A program made the translations under genes and the position numbers. Of a DNA stretch of 64,000 nt, positions 16,844 through 26,079 are shown in pieces (within the stretch, counting starts at the first letter, position 1; every line of letters begins with the position of its first letter). Below the pieces are notes generated by a model. It made no database searches and was not told the DNA's origin. It saw only the letters and a list, made by a program, of their open reading frames with translations. This DNA comes from an uncultured Anaerolineales bacterium (GTDB lineage: Bacteria > Chloroflexota > Anaerolineae > B4-G1): contig CAYLPU010000011.1 in the NCBI GenBank assembly GCA_964385635.1, positions 133 to 64,132 of the forward strand, read 5' to 3'.

Positions 16844-17071
16844 TTGAGAGTCGAGACACTTACGGAGGCTATGTTTTCCCTGGATGAGCCCTGGCGAGGC
16901 CGGTTCCTGGACCTGGTGGCCAACCTGGCCACGGGAGAGATGTGGGACGGGGGGCGGCGGCCGGGGCGGGAAGAGGTGACGGCTTGGCTGGGGACCGACT
17001 ATGGCCTATACCAGGAAATGATGGTGCTGGTGGACGCGTGGCGGCGGCCGAGAGTAGGAAGGTTGCCATAG
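16844..17071 (+). CDS. Hypothetical small protein
   Basis: An ORF only, with a TTG start, no recognisable family and a weak RBS. An internal ATG (MFSLDEPW) is possible. Confidence 0.2.
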   Translation: MRVETLTEAMFSLDEPWRGRFLDLVANLATGEMWDGGRRPGREEVTAWLGTDYGLYQEMMVLVDAWRRPRVGRLP

Positions 17072-17233
17072 CCTCCTGGTGGGTTCAATTGTATAAGCGT
17101 CACTTGTGCCAGCAGGTGCTGCCTCTGACCGGGGTCAGTGTAGGTGTACTTGTAGGTCCAGGCAAGTCCAGAGTTGGGCTGTGCCTGTTCTGTGTGTGCA
17201 TCATGTCTTGCGTTTTTGCTTCCGGTAGGGTGG

Positions 17234-18649
17234 CTAATACGCGCCGTCTCCAAACAACACCTCGGGGATGGTACGCAGTAAGATCTTGAAATCAAGCCAT
17301 AGTGACCAGTTTTCAATGTAGTAAATATCGAGCAGCACACCGTCATCGAAACTGAGCAGGCTGCGGCCGCTGACCTGCCACAATCCGGTCATTCCTGGGC
17401 GTGCTTCCAGCCGCTTTTTGTGCCATTCCATGTAGCGGCTGACCTCGACCGGGAGGGATGGGCGTGGTCCCACCAGGCTCATCTCTCCGCGTAATACGTT
17501 CCACAGTTGTGGTAGTTCATCGAGGCTGGTGTGCCGCAGAAACCGGCCCACGCGAGTCAGGCGCGGGTCGTCGCGGATTTTGAAGAGAGGGCCGTCGGCC
17601 TCGTTCAGTTCGCGCAATTGCTCCAACTCCGCTTCGGCTCCCTCGTGCATTGAGCGAAACTTGTAACATTCGAACGTCTTTCCGCCCGCTCCCACGCGGG
17701 TCTGGCGGAAGACGATTGGGCCGGGTGAGTTGATCCGGGTGGCCAGCGCGATCAATGCCAGGAGCGGGGCCCCTAGCGTCAGTCCCACCAGTGCGCCAAA
17801 GACGTCCATGCCTCGCTTGACCAGCAGGGTTCCCTGTCCGAAGCCAACCTCCCGCACGCCAATCAGTGGCACGCCACCCAAATCGTCCACGTCCACGTGG
17901 CTGAGACTCATCTGGAAGAGATCGGGCACGATATGGGCGCTCACTTGCCGCCGCTCGCACTCCCGTACGATGGCCATGATCTTGCGGTGGTACATCCACG
18001 GTAACGTTACGATGACTTCATCTACTGCTTCTTTCTCGATCATCTGTGCCAGATTGTTTACCGGTCCCAACGCTTTAAAGCGCCCGATGTCGGTCTGGCC
18101 TTTCTGCGGGTTATCGTCTACGAAGCCAACGATCTGATAGCCCAGTTCGGGCCGTGCCACGATGGTACGCATCACTGTGCGTCCTACCTCACCAGCCCCG
18201 ACGATGATAAGGCGGACCATCCCGATGCCGCGAGAGCGCAGCCAGCCCAGGATCATGTTCTGCATCATCCGCGATACGGCCAGCAAGATGATCGCAATGA
18301 TGCCCGCCTCAATGAGCAACAGGCGTGAGTATTGACGGGGCTGGAGGACAAAGGTGACGGCCAGCATCACCACCACGGATTTAGCCGTGGCGTTGATGAC
18401 GCGATAGACCTGATCGAGCCAAGGTTGCCCGCGTTGGTGTTGGTAGACGCGGTCCATTTGGAAAGCCAGCAGCATCAGCACGGTGAACAGGAAGCCAAAG
18501 GAGGCGTAGGCCGATAGTGAGTGATAGTAATTGATGTCGAGGAACCATTGCAGTTCGTAGCGCACCCAGTAGGCCAGCGACATGCTGGCGTTGATCAGCA
18601 GGATGTCGGAGATGATGACCCACCAGGAAGCCTGCCTGCGTGTTCTCAT
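17234..18649 (-). CDS. Exopolysaccharide polyprenyl glycosylphosphotransferase (bacterial sugar transferase, WbaP/WcaJ-like)
   Basis: N-terminal TM helices, a central NAD-like domain and a C-terminal SLDELPQLWNVLRGEMSLVGPRP...PGMTGLWQVSGRS. Confidence 0.9.
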   Translation of the reverse strand: MRTRRQASWWVIISDILLINASMSLAYWVRYELQWFLDINYYHSLSAYASFGFLFTVLMLLAFQMDRVYQHQRGQPWLDQVYRVINATAKSVVVMLAVTFVLQPRQYSRLLLIEAGIIAIILLAVSRMMQNMILGWLRSRGIGMVRLIIVGAGEVGRTVMRTIVARPELGYQIVGFVDDNPQKGQTDIGRFKALGPVNNLAQMIEKEAVDEVIVTLPWMYHRKIMAIVRECERRQVSAHIVPDLFQMSLSHVDVDDLGGVPLIGVREVGFGQGTLLVKRGMDVFGALVGLTLGAPLLALIALATRINSPGPIVFRQTRVGAGGKTFECYKFRSMHEGAEAELEQLRELNEADGPLFKIRDDPRLTRVGRFLRHTSLDELPQLWNVLRGEMSLVGPRPSLPVEVSRYMEWHKKRLEARPGMTGLWQVSGRSLLSFDDGVLLDIYYIENWSLWLDFKILLRTIPEVLFGDGAY

Positions 18650-19818
18650 GTTTCTCCCTCTTCGGCCAGGGCGCGCCGGTACGCACGCGCTGTCTCTCGT
18701 GCGGTGTGCGGCCAGGTGAACCGTCTGGCGTGGGCCAGACCGCGCGTTCGCAACCTGTCCCGCAACGGTTCATCCGTCAGTAGCCGGTTCAGCCCCTCCG
18801 CCAGTGCTTCTACGTCGTGCGGATCGACTGTCAAGGCTGCGTCGCCGGCTGCCTCAGGCAACGAAGATGCGTTCGAGGTCAGCACAGGCGTACCACAGGC
18901 TAGCGCTTCCAGTACCGGTAACCCAAATCCTTCGTATAGCGAGGGGTAAACCAAAGCCAAAGCAGCATTGTACCACAGCGGTAATTCGTCGTTCGGAACA
19001 TAGCCAGGAAACAAGACATCTTGGTCCAGGGCCAGCGCTTCTACCCTGGCAAATAATCTGTCGTAGAGCCAGCCTCTGCCGCCAGCCAGCACCAGTTTCA
19101 CTGGCCCCCGGCTCGCTGCTTCTTGTCTCCTGAATTGAGCAAAGGCCTCTACCAGCCGTACCAGATTCTTGCGTGGTTCCAGTGTGCCCACGAATAGCAC
19201 AAACCGCTCTGGTAGCCCCTGGTGCTGGCGGAAGGTCTCTACCGCAGCGGTTGGTAGCGGGCGGAAAGCCGGTTCCACCCCGTGATAGATGATGTCAATC
19301 CGCTCTGGCGGGATGCCCAGCAGCCGTGTGATCTCAGTGGCAGTGTGGGCTGAGACGGCGATAAGCCGCCGGGCGCGACGTGCCGAAAGTTGTGTCAGCA
19401 CCTTCAGGTAGAGCCGGTTGGCGGGGCGGAACAGGGTGGGGAAACGGATGAAGCTCAGGTCATGGATGGTGACGATCGCCGGGCAGGGGGTGAGTAAAGG
19501 GCCGATGAAGACGGGCCCATGCACCAGGTCTGCCCCGATCTGCTTTAGCGTCCAGGGTTGTGCCAGTTGCTCCCACATCACTCGCGCCGCCGCTCTGCTC
19601 GTGGGCCAGCGAGACTGGAGTGATCTGAGGGCAACGTCTGGAGGAAGTACGCCCTCGCCCAGCAGAACGGTATAACGCAGCCCGCCATTGGCCTGCCTTA
19701 GATGGCATAGCAGATGGTAGATGTACCGGTGTACGCCCGCGCTGCGATACCAGGCCCGACCTGAGAGAAGGTGTGCGTTGATGGCAACGTGAAAACCATT
19801 CCCTGCGGTGCCTCTCAT
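18646..19818 (-). CDS. Glycosyltransferase family 4 (GT-B, GT1 domain)
   Basis: VYPSLYEGFGLPVLEALACGTPVLTSNASSLPE. It overlaps the downstream sugar transferase start by 4 nt. Confidence 0.9.
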   Translation of the reverse strand: MRGTAGNGFHVAINAHLLSGRAWYRSAGVHRYIYHLLCHLRQANGGLRYTVLLGEGVLPPDVALRSLQSRWPTSRAAARVMWEQLAQPWTLKQIGADLVHGPVFIGPLLTPCPAIVTIHDLSFIRFPTLFRPANRLYLKVLTQLSARRARRLIAVSAHTATEITRLLGIPPERIDIIYHGVEPAFRPLPTAAVETFRQHQGLPERFVLFVGTLEPRKNLVRLVEAFAQFRRQEAASRGPVKLVLAGGRGWLYDRLFARVEALALDQDVLFPGYVPNDELPLWYNAALALVYPSLYEGFGLPVLEALACGTPVLTSNASSLPEAAGDAALTVDPHDVEALAEGLNRLLTDEPLRDRLRTRGLAHARRFTWPHTARETARAYRRALAEEGET

Positions 19819-19905
19819 AGCAGAGGGATTATATCACATTGCGCCAGACCAGGCCAATCACCCGAGTCGGCCTCTTGTTCTCCCTCGGCATCTTCCTCTC
19901 CTCTG

Positions 19906-19933
19906 TTGACTCTCTTGCGTAGGTGGGTATAAT
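19906..19933 (+). promoter_or_regulatory. Sigma70-like promoter for the deacetylase gene (-35 TTGACT, -10 TATAAT)
   Basis: TTGACT at 19906-19911, a 16-nt spacer, then TATAAT at 19928-19933. Confidence 0.45.
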
Positions 19934-19979
19934 CATAACTTGAGGCTATCGAAACAGAGACCAGGGTTAGGGAGCAGAT

Positions 19980-21008
19980 ATGGACACGGCCTACGTTTAC
20001 GACCCGATCTATCTTGAACACGATTTGCCTTCTCATCCTGAGAATGCCCGCCGCCTGAAGCGCATTCTCAGGATGCTGGAAGACGAGGGGGTGTTGGCGC
20101 GTCTGAGGTCCCTGGAACCTCGCCCAGCGACAGCCGAGGAGCTGCAGCGCGCACACACTTCAGAGTACATTGAGCGGGTGCGGCGAAAGGCCCAGGCGGG
20201 CGGCGGATATCTTGATCCCGACACTTATGTCTCGCCTCGTTCCTTCGATGCGGCTGTGATGGCCGCTGGGGGGGTTGTTCGGGTGGTAGAAGCGGTGCTG
20301 GCAGGCGAGGTTGCTAACGGTTTTGCTCTGGTGCGTCCGCCAGGACATCACGCCACGGCCACGCAGGCGATGGGTTTCTGTCTCTTCAACAACGTTGCTG
20401 TGGCCGCACGGGCTGTGCTGTCGAGGGAGGGGGTGGAGCGCGTCTTCATCGCTGACTTCGACGTGCACCACGGCAATGGAACTCAGGACGCTTTTGCCGA
20501 CGACCCAGCGGTTTTCTACTTCTCCACCCACCAGTACCCACACTATCCAGGTACCGGCTTCTGGAGCGAGACGGGGTACGGCGCTGGCGAGGGAACCGTG
20601 CTCAACGTGCCATTGCCGCCGGGTGTGGGCGATGCAGGCTACGCCCAGGTCTTCGCCGAGCTGGTCTGGCCGTTGGCGGAGCGCTTCCAGCCCGACTTGA
20701 TCCTGGTCTCGGCTGGCTATGATGCTCACTGGAGCGACCCATTGGCGCACATGAACCTTTCACTGACCGGCTATACCTGGCTGGAGCGGGAACTGGCACG
20801 CATTGCCGAGCAGTTGTGCGACGGGCAGATCGTATTTACGCTTGAGGGTGGCTACCAACTGGATGTGCTGGCCTGTGGTGTGCTCAATGCCTTCTATGTT
20901 ATGTTGGGGGAGGATACCATCGCTGACCCTTTAGGTCCTTCCCCGCGTCCCGAACGGCCGGTGGATGCGCTGGTAGCACGCTTGCGGGAAGTGCATGGCT
21001 TGAATTGA
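19980..21008 (+). CDS. Histone deacetylase-family protein (acetoin utilization/acetylpolyamine amidohydrolase-like)
   Basis: LVRPPGHHA...GFCLFNN...DFDVHHGNGTQ...YPGTG motifs. Confidence 0.9.
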   Translation: MDTAYVYDPIYLEHDLPSHPENARRLKRILRMLEDEGVLARLRSLEPRPATAEELQRAHTSEYIERVRRKAQAGGGYLDPDTYVSPRSFDAAVMAAGGVVRVVEAVLAGEVANGFALVRPPGHHATATQAMGFCLFNNVAVAARAVLSREGVERVFIADFDVHHGNGTQDAFADDPAVFYFSTHQYPHYPGTGFWSETGYGAGEGTVLNVPLPPGVGDAGYAQVFAELVWPLAERFQPDLILVSAGYDAHWSDPLAHMNLSLTGYTWLERELARIAEQLCDGQIVFTLEGGYQLDVLACGVLNAFYVMLGEDTIADPLGPSPRPERPVDALVARLREVHGLN

Positions 21009-21033
21009 CTTTTTGTGCGAGACGTTGCATAAT
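21005..21033 (+). promoter_or_regulatory. Sigma70-like promoter for the TPR gene (-35 TTGACT, -10 CATAAT)
   Basis: TTGACT at 21005-21010 (overlapping the upstream stop), a 17-nt spacer, then CATAAT at 21028-21033. Confidence 0.3.
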
Positions 21034-21110
21034 CTATGGTGACCAGTGACATAAATGGTAGATGACCGAAAGCGGTTCAATATCCTGTTTGAGCAGGAGA
21101 AGGGGGAACA

Positions 21111-24100
21111 ATGATTGAGATTTCCCTTGAGGAGTATTGTGAGCAGATTGAGAGCGCGATTGAGCAGGGCCGTTATGCGGAGGCCGTAGCCCATGGAAAG
21201 CATGTCCTGAGGCACTACTCCAAACACGTGGCAACCTATCGGCTGCTGGGTACGGCAATGCTCGAAGCCGGCCAGGATGAGTACACTGTCGATATGTTTC
21301 GCCGCGTGCTTAGCGCTGATCCTGAAGACATGCTCGCATGGGCGGGGATGAGCGAAGTGCACAACCGGCGTAGTGAGATTGACGCGGCAGCGTGGTGTCT
21401 GGAGCGGGCATTCGAACTGGCTACCGAGAACAAGGTGGTGGAGGAGGAATTATGCCACCTATATGGCCGGCGAGATGGCGTTGAAGCCCAGCGGGTCCAA
21501 CTCACCCGTGGCGCGCTGGCCCGGCTCTACCTGAGGGGCGATTTGCTCTCGCGGGCGATCGGCGAATTCCGTGCCCTGCTGGCTGAGCATCCCGAACGGG
21601 TGGACCTCAGCATTGCGCTGGCTGAGGCGCTCTGGCGCAACGATCAGCGATTGGAGGCGTCGGAGGTCTGCCAGCAGGTGCTGGATATGCTGCCCTACTG
21701 CCTCAAGGTCAATTTGATCCTGGGGGAAATCTGGAACAGCAGTGGTCGAGAGGAAGGACAGATGTACCTGCGGCGGGCCGAGGCCCTGGACCCGGAGAAC
21801 AAGGTAGCGCAGGAACTCTTCGGGGATGCATCACCGCTGCCAGCACGAGAAGTGCGGATCGTTCCCCTGGAGTATCAGCCCCCGATCAAGGAGGAGCTCC
21901 CGGCCTGGATGGCTGAGGTGGAGGCCGTATCGGCAGAGGGGCCACCGCTGACCGAGCGTGAGGCCGCGTTGGTTGACGTCGCGGCAGCGCTGGAGGCGCA
22001 GATTGAGATTCCTTCCTGGTTGGAGGAGATCGGCCTGAGCGAGGAGGCCCCTGCAACTGTACCGCCTGTTACCACCCCTACTGGGCCGTCGGAAGAGCAA
22101 TTGCCAGAGGAAGCGGTTCCCGCTCCAGCAGAGGAAGCCCCTGAGTGGCTGGCAGGCATCCGTGAAGAGTTGGTGGAGGAAAGACCGGAGGCGGTGGTCG
22201 AGGAAGAGACTCCCGAATGGTTGTCTGGACTTGGTATGGAGTCAATCGGTGAGGAGGACATCTTGGAACGGCTGTCTGAGCTGGATGTTGGGCCCACTGG
22301 TGAGGAGGAAGCGCCGGCGGTCTTGGAAGAGAAGGAGGTTCCGGAGTGGCTATCTGGATTGGGTGCCGAGGTAGCCGGTGAGGAAGCAGTCCCTTCTACT
22401 CCGCCCGCAGGAGAGTCTTCAGATTGGCTGGCCAGCCTGCGCGAGCAGTTTGTCGAAGAGGTAGAAGCGCTGGAGGAAACACCTGCCCCTGTAGCCGAGG
22501 AGGTGCCTAAGCCGGCCTGGTTGGAGGGTGAGGGGTTGCCTTCTGGTGACGAGGCGCTGGAGTGGCTGGAGCGACTGGCAGAGGGCGAAGAGGAAAAACT
22601 GCGCGTCCAGGCTGAAGCGGAGGCCGAGGTCCGCGTGGCCGAAATCGAAGAGGCGGTGGTGGAGGAAGCCGTAGCCCCTCCAGTTGGGGAGGCTGCTGTT
22701 CCCCAGGCCGAGGCAGGGTTCGGCTGGACGGCGTTCGGTGAGCCTGGGGCTCCGCCCGAGGCTGCCCCAGCGGTGGAGGAGATCCCGCCAGTGGAAGTAC
22801 CAGAGGAGATGGATATCCCTGCCCCTGTAGCCGAGGAGGTGCCTAAGCCGGCCTGGCTGGAGGGCGAGGGGTTGCCCTCTGGTGATGAGGCGCTGGAGTG
22901 GCTGGAGCGACTGGCAGAGAGCAGAGAGGAAAAACTGCGCGTCCAGGCTGAAGCGGAGGCCGAGGTCCGCGTAGCCGAGATCGAAGAGGCGGTGGTGGAG
23001 GAAGCCTTAGCCCCTCCGGTTGGGGAGGCTGTCGTTCCCCCGGCCGAGGCAGGGTTCGGCTGGACGGCGTTCGGTGAGCCTGGGGCTCCGCCCGAGGCTG
23101 CCCCAGCGGTGGAGGAGATCCCGCCAGTGGAAGTACCAGAGGAGATGGATATCCCTGCCCCTGTAGCCGAGGAGGTGCCTAAGCCGGCCTGGCTGGAGGG
23201 CGAGGGGTTGCCCTCTGGTGATGAGGCGCTGGAGTGGCTGGAGCGACTGGCAGAGAGCAGAGAGGAAAAACTGCGCGTCCAGGCTGAAGCGGAGGCCGAG
23301 GTCCGCGTAGCCGAGATCGAAGAGGCGGTGGTGGAGGAAGCCTTAGCCCCTCCGGTTGGGGAGGCTGTCGTTCCCCCGGCCGAGGCAGGGTTCGGCTGGA
23401 CGGCGTTCGGTGAGCCCGAGCCACCTCCCGTGGTCGAAGAGGCTCCGCAAGCGGAACCGGCTTTCGGTTGGACGGCCTTTGGCGAACCAGAGGCTCCGCC
23501 CGAGGCTATTCCGACGGCAGAGGCGGTAGAGGAGGCTTTGCCAGTAGAGGAAGAGGTCGTCCTTCCTGAGGTCTTGGAACAGGTGCTCCCGGAGGAGGTG
23601 AAGGCTCCGCCTACGGCGGAGGCGCCGGTGGTGGAGGAGAGACTCCCGTCTGAGGAGATCCTTGCACCGGAGGTAGTACCGCTCACGGAGGAGATGCGTT
23701 GGGGGGCTGTGCTGGAGGTATCGTTGGAGGAGGCGGAAGTGGCTTCAGCCCCGGTAATCGAGGAAGTGCCAGGCATGCCTGAGATGGAGATAACGGAACC
23801 GCTTGAGGAGGCCGCAGCACCACCAGAAATCCCGACCTTCGAGGTTCCTGCTGAGCCCTTCGCCGCCGAGCGGGCTCATCTGAAGGAGCATCCGCGCGAT
23901 TACGAAGCCTGGCTAGCGCTGGCGCGGGCGCTGTGGCAGGCTGGTGAGCAACAAGAAGCATTGGAAGCCTATACCCGTGTTATCCGCGTTGGTAAGTTTC
24001 TCGAGAGCGTGGTCCCGGACCTGGAAGAGTATGTGGAGCAGGAGCTCGACGTCAGCGCACAGCGTTTACTGGGTGACGCTTACATGAAAGACGGGCGGTT

Positions 24101-24146
24101 GCAGGATGCGTTGGACATCTACCGCCGGGCATTGGAGACTCTGTAA
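21111..24146 (+). CDS. TPR-repeat protein with long acidic repetitive middle region (PEWL/GFGWTAFGEP motifs)
   Basis: TPR-like helices occur at both ends (YAEAVAHGKHVL..., ...DYEAWLALARALWQAGEQQEALEAY). The centre is E/A/P/V-rich with recurring xPEWLxGL motifs and 112-aa tandem repeats. Confidence 0.85.
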   Translation: MIEISLEEYCEQIESAIEQGRYAEAVAHGKHVLRHYSKHVATYRLLGTAMLEAGQDEYTVDMFRRVLSADPEDMLAWAGMSEVHNRRSEIDAAAWCLERAFELATENKVVEEELCHLYGRRDGVEAQRVQLTRGALARLYLRGDLLSRAIGEFRALLAEHPERVDLSIALAEALWRNDQRLEASEVCQQVLDMLPYCLKVNLILGEIWNSSGREEGQMYLRRAEALDPENKVAQELFGDASPLPAREVRIVPLEYQPPIKEELPAWMAEVEAVSAEGPPLTEREAALVDVAAALEAQIEIPSWLEEIGLSEEAPATVPPVTTPTGPSEEQLPEEAVPAPAEEAPEWLAGIREELVEERPEAVVEEETPEWLSGLGMESIGEEDILERLSELDVGPTGEEEAPAVLEEKEVPEWLSGLGAEVAGEEAVPSTPPAGESSDWLASLREQFVEEVEALEETPAPVAEEVPKPAWLEGEGLPSGDEALEWLERLAEGEEEKLRVQAEAEAEVRVAEIEEAVVEEAVAPPVGEAAVPQAEAGFGWTAFGEPGAPPEAAPAVEEIPPVEVPEEMDIPAPVAEEVPKPAWLEGEGLPSGDEALEWLERLAESREEKLRVQAEAEAEVRVAEIEEAVVEEALAPPVGEAVVPPAEAGFGWTAFGEPGAPPEAAPAVEEIPPVEVPEEMDIPAPVAEEVPKPAWLEGEGLPSGDEALEWLERLAESREEKLRVQAEAEAEVRVAEIEEAVVEEALAPPVGEAVVPPAEAGFGWTAFGEPEPPPVVEEAPQAEPAFGWTAFGEPEAPPEAIPTAEAVEEALPVEEEVVLPEVLEQVLPEEVKAPPTAEAPVVEERLPSEEILAPEVVPLTEEMRWGAVLEVSLEEAEVASAPVIEEVPGMPEMEITEPLEEAAAPPEIPTFEVPAEPFAAERAHLKEHPRDYEAWLALARALWQAGEQQEALEAYTRVIRVGKFLESVVPDLEEYVEQELDVSAQRLLGDAYMKDGRLQDALDIYRRALETL
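22482..23416 (+). repeat. 336-bp (112-aa) tandem repeat, about 2.8 copies, inside the TPR gene
   Basis: Unit starts (cctgcccctgtagccgagg) are at 22482, 22818 and 23154. Copies 2 and 3 are identical over 263 bp (23154..23416) by direct reading. Copy 1 differs at scattered positions. Confidence 0.9.
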
Positions 24147-24160
24147 GACGAGGAGGGGAC

Positions 24161-24610
24161 TTGGAACGCACGCTAGTTATCATCAAACCCGACGCTGTAC
24201 AGCGCGGGCTTAGCGGAGAGATTATTGCCCGTTTCGAACGGCGGGGGCTGTGTATCGCGGCGCTGAAACTGATACAGATTGACGAACCACTGGCTCGACG
24301 CCATTACGCGATTCACGAGGGGAAGTCCTTCTACGAGCCGCTAATTCGTTACATCACCTCCAGCCCAGTAGTGGTGATGGTATTGGAGGGAAACAACGCT
24401 ATCGAGATCGCGCGCCGCACGATGGGAGCGACCAACCCGGCCGAGGCGGCCCCTGGCACCATCCGTGCTGACTTCGGCCTGGAGATCGGCCGAAACCTGG
24501 TGCACGGTTCCGATGGGCCGGAGACGGCGGCTTTCGAGGTGCCGCTCTTCTTTACCGAGGACGAGATCCTCTCATACGAACGGGACATCGACCGCTGGAT
24601 ATTTGAGTAG
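24161..24610 (+). CDS. ndk: Nucleoside-diphosphate kinase
   Basis: TTG start. ERTLVIIKPDAVQRGL...NLVHGSD (active-site His). Confidence 0.95.
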   Translation: MERTLVIIKPDAVQRGLSGEIIARFERRGLCIAALKLIQIDEPLARRHYAIHEGKSFYEPLIRYITSSPVVVMVLEGNNAIEIARRTMGATNPAEAAPGTIRADFGLEIGRNLVHGSDGPETAAFEVPLFFTEDEILSYERDIDRWIFE

Positions 24611-24614
24611 CATT

Positions 24615-24953
24615 TCACAGCATCCGTACCACGATCCGCCCGTTCTGCCACAGCCCCTCCAGGTCGTAGAAAGCCCGTATTTCCGGTGCGAACAGGTGGA
24701 CCACTACATCGCCGTAGTCCATCAAAACCCAACCGGTGGCTGGTTCCACGTCGATGTGGAGCGGTCTGACATCGAACCTCCGCTTGGTCTCCTGTTTGAT
24801 GCTCTCGGTGATGGTCTTCGCTTGTCGTTCACTGGTGGTGCTGCCGATCACGAAATAGTCAGTCAGGATGGAGATGTCGCGAATGTCGAGCAGCAATACA
24901 TCTTCGCCCTTCTTATCGGCAATCATCTCCACGATGTTCCGAGCCAGTTCCAA
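24615..24953 (-). CDS. rsfS: Ribosome silencing factor RsfS (iojap family)
   Basis: KKGEDVLLLDIRDISILTDYFVIGSTTSERQ...WVLMDYGDVVVHLF. Confidence 0.9.
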   Translation of the reverse strand: MELARNIVEMIADKKGEDVLLLDIRDISILTDYFVIGSTTSERQAKTITESIKQETKRRFDVRPLHIDVEPATGWVLMDYGDVVVHLFAPEIRAFYDLEGLWQNGRIVVRML

Positions 24954-24997
24954 TGAGTCCAGTAGTACACCTCCCGAAAATGACCAGTGACGAATGA

Positions 24998-26023
24998 CTA
25001 ATGACCAATGGTTAGCGGTTTGTCATTCCATAATCCCGCCATCTCGTTGGTGGTCTGGGCGGATGCGAGCACGACCATCAACTTGATGCGTGCTTTCTGC
25101 CCGTTCAGCCCCTCAGCAAACAGACAACCCAGGTCCGCCAGGGTGCGGTACGCGCCCGGATAGCCGTAGGCGTCCCACACCCGCCCGGAGGGACAACGGC
25201 TGGCGATTACCACCGGCACTCCTTGGTCTCGCACGCGCTCAATGGTGGGCAACCACCAGGGGGGCACGCGTCCGCCTCCCAATGCCTCGATGACCACGCC
25301 CCGAGCACCCCGCGCTAGTGCATCCTCCAGCAAATCGGATTCCATGCCTAGCGCCAGTTTAAGCAATGACACGTTCGGTTCCAGGCCACGCCAGTGCAGC
25401 ACACACCGCTCCGGTCGGCGCTCAATGGTGACAGCATCCCCTTCTACCCGGCCCACGGGTCCCCAGCCAGGCGACTGAAAGGTCGCCGTGCTGAGTGTGT
25501 GCATCTTGGTGACACAGCGCGCAGCGTGAATCTCGTCATTGAAGACAACGACCGCGCCCAGGCTTTGCGCCTGTGGTGCGGCTGCGACGCGGATGGCTGC
25601 CAGAAGGTTCGCGTGGCCGTCATACCCTACGTCAGAAGCAGTGCGCATCGCACCGGTGAGGACGATAGGCTTCTCCCCTGGCACAGTCAGATCGAGCAGG
25701 TAGGCTGTCTCCTCCAGCGTATCGGTGCCGTGGGTGATGACCACGCCGTCCACCTCACGTTTCTTCACCAACCCGGCCACCCTCTCGCGAATGACCCACA
25801 GCGTATCAATCCGGAAGTGAGAACTGGGCAGTCGGACCAGTTCCTCTATGTCCAGTTGAGGTAGCCCGGGCGGCAGCGCCGCCGTGAGTTCGTCCGCGCC
25901 AAGAGTGGGAATCGCCCCGCCCGCCGCAGCATCGTGTTGCATAGCGATGGTGCCGCCAGTGGTTATAATGACGACGCGGCGGCCAGCGGTTGGGAACTGG
26001 CGGTTAGCATCGAAGGCCGTCAT
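24998..26023 (-). CDS. ansA: L-asparaginase (type I family)
   Basis: VVIITTGGTIAM and ITHGTDTLEETAYLL catalytic motifs. Confidence 0.85.
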   Translation of the reverse strand: MTAFDANRQFPTAGRRVVIITTGGTIAMQHDAAAGGAIPTLGADELTAALPPGLPQLDIEELVRLPSSHFRIDTLWVIRERVAGLVKKREVDGVVITHGTDTLEETAYLLDLTVPGEKPIVLTGAMRTASDVGYDGHANLLAAIRVAAAPQAQSLGAVVVFNDEIHAARCVTKMHTLSTATFQSPGWGPVGRVEGDAVTIERRPERCVLHWRGLEPNVSLLKLALGMESDLLEDALARGARGVVIEALGGGRVPPWWLPTIERVRDQGVPVVIASRCPSGRVWDAYGYPGAYRTLADLGCLFAEGLNGQKARIKLMVVLASAQTTNEMAGLWNDKPLTIGH

Positions 26024-26079
26024 TTTGGGAATGCCCTGTGTGTGTTCTTCAAGAGATCCACGAAAACCTCATTCAACGA

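Noticed and set aside
22482-23416. Regular 336-bp repeats as a possible CRISPR-like or satellite array.
   Set aside because: The repeats are in frame within one long ORF, lack spacer and short-repeat organisation, and encode a coherent 112-aa protein unit.
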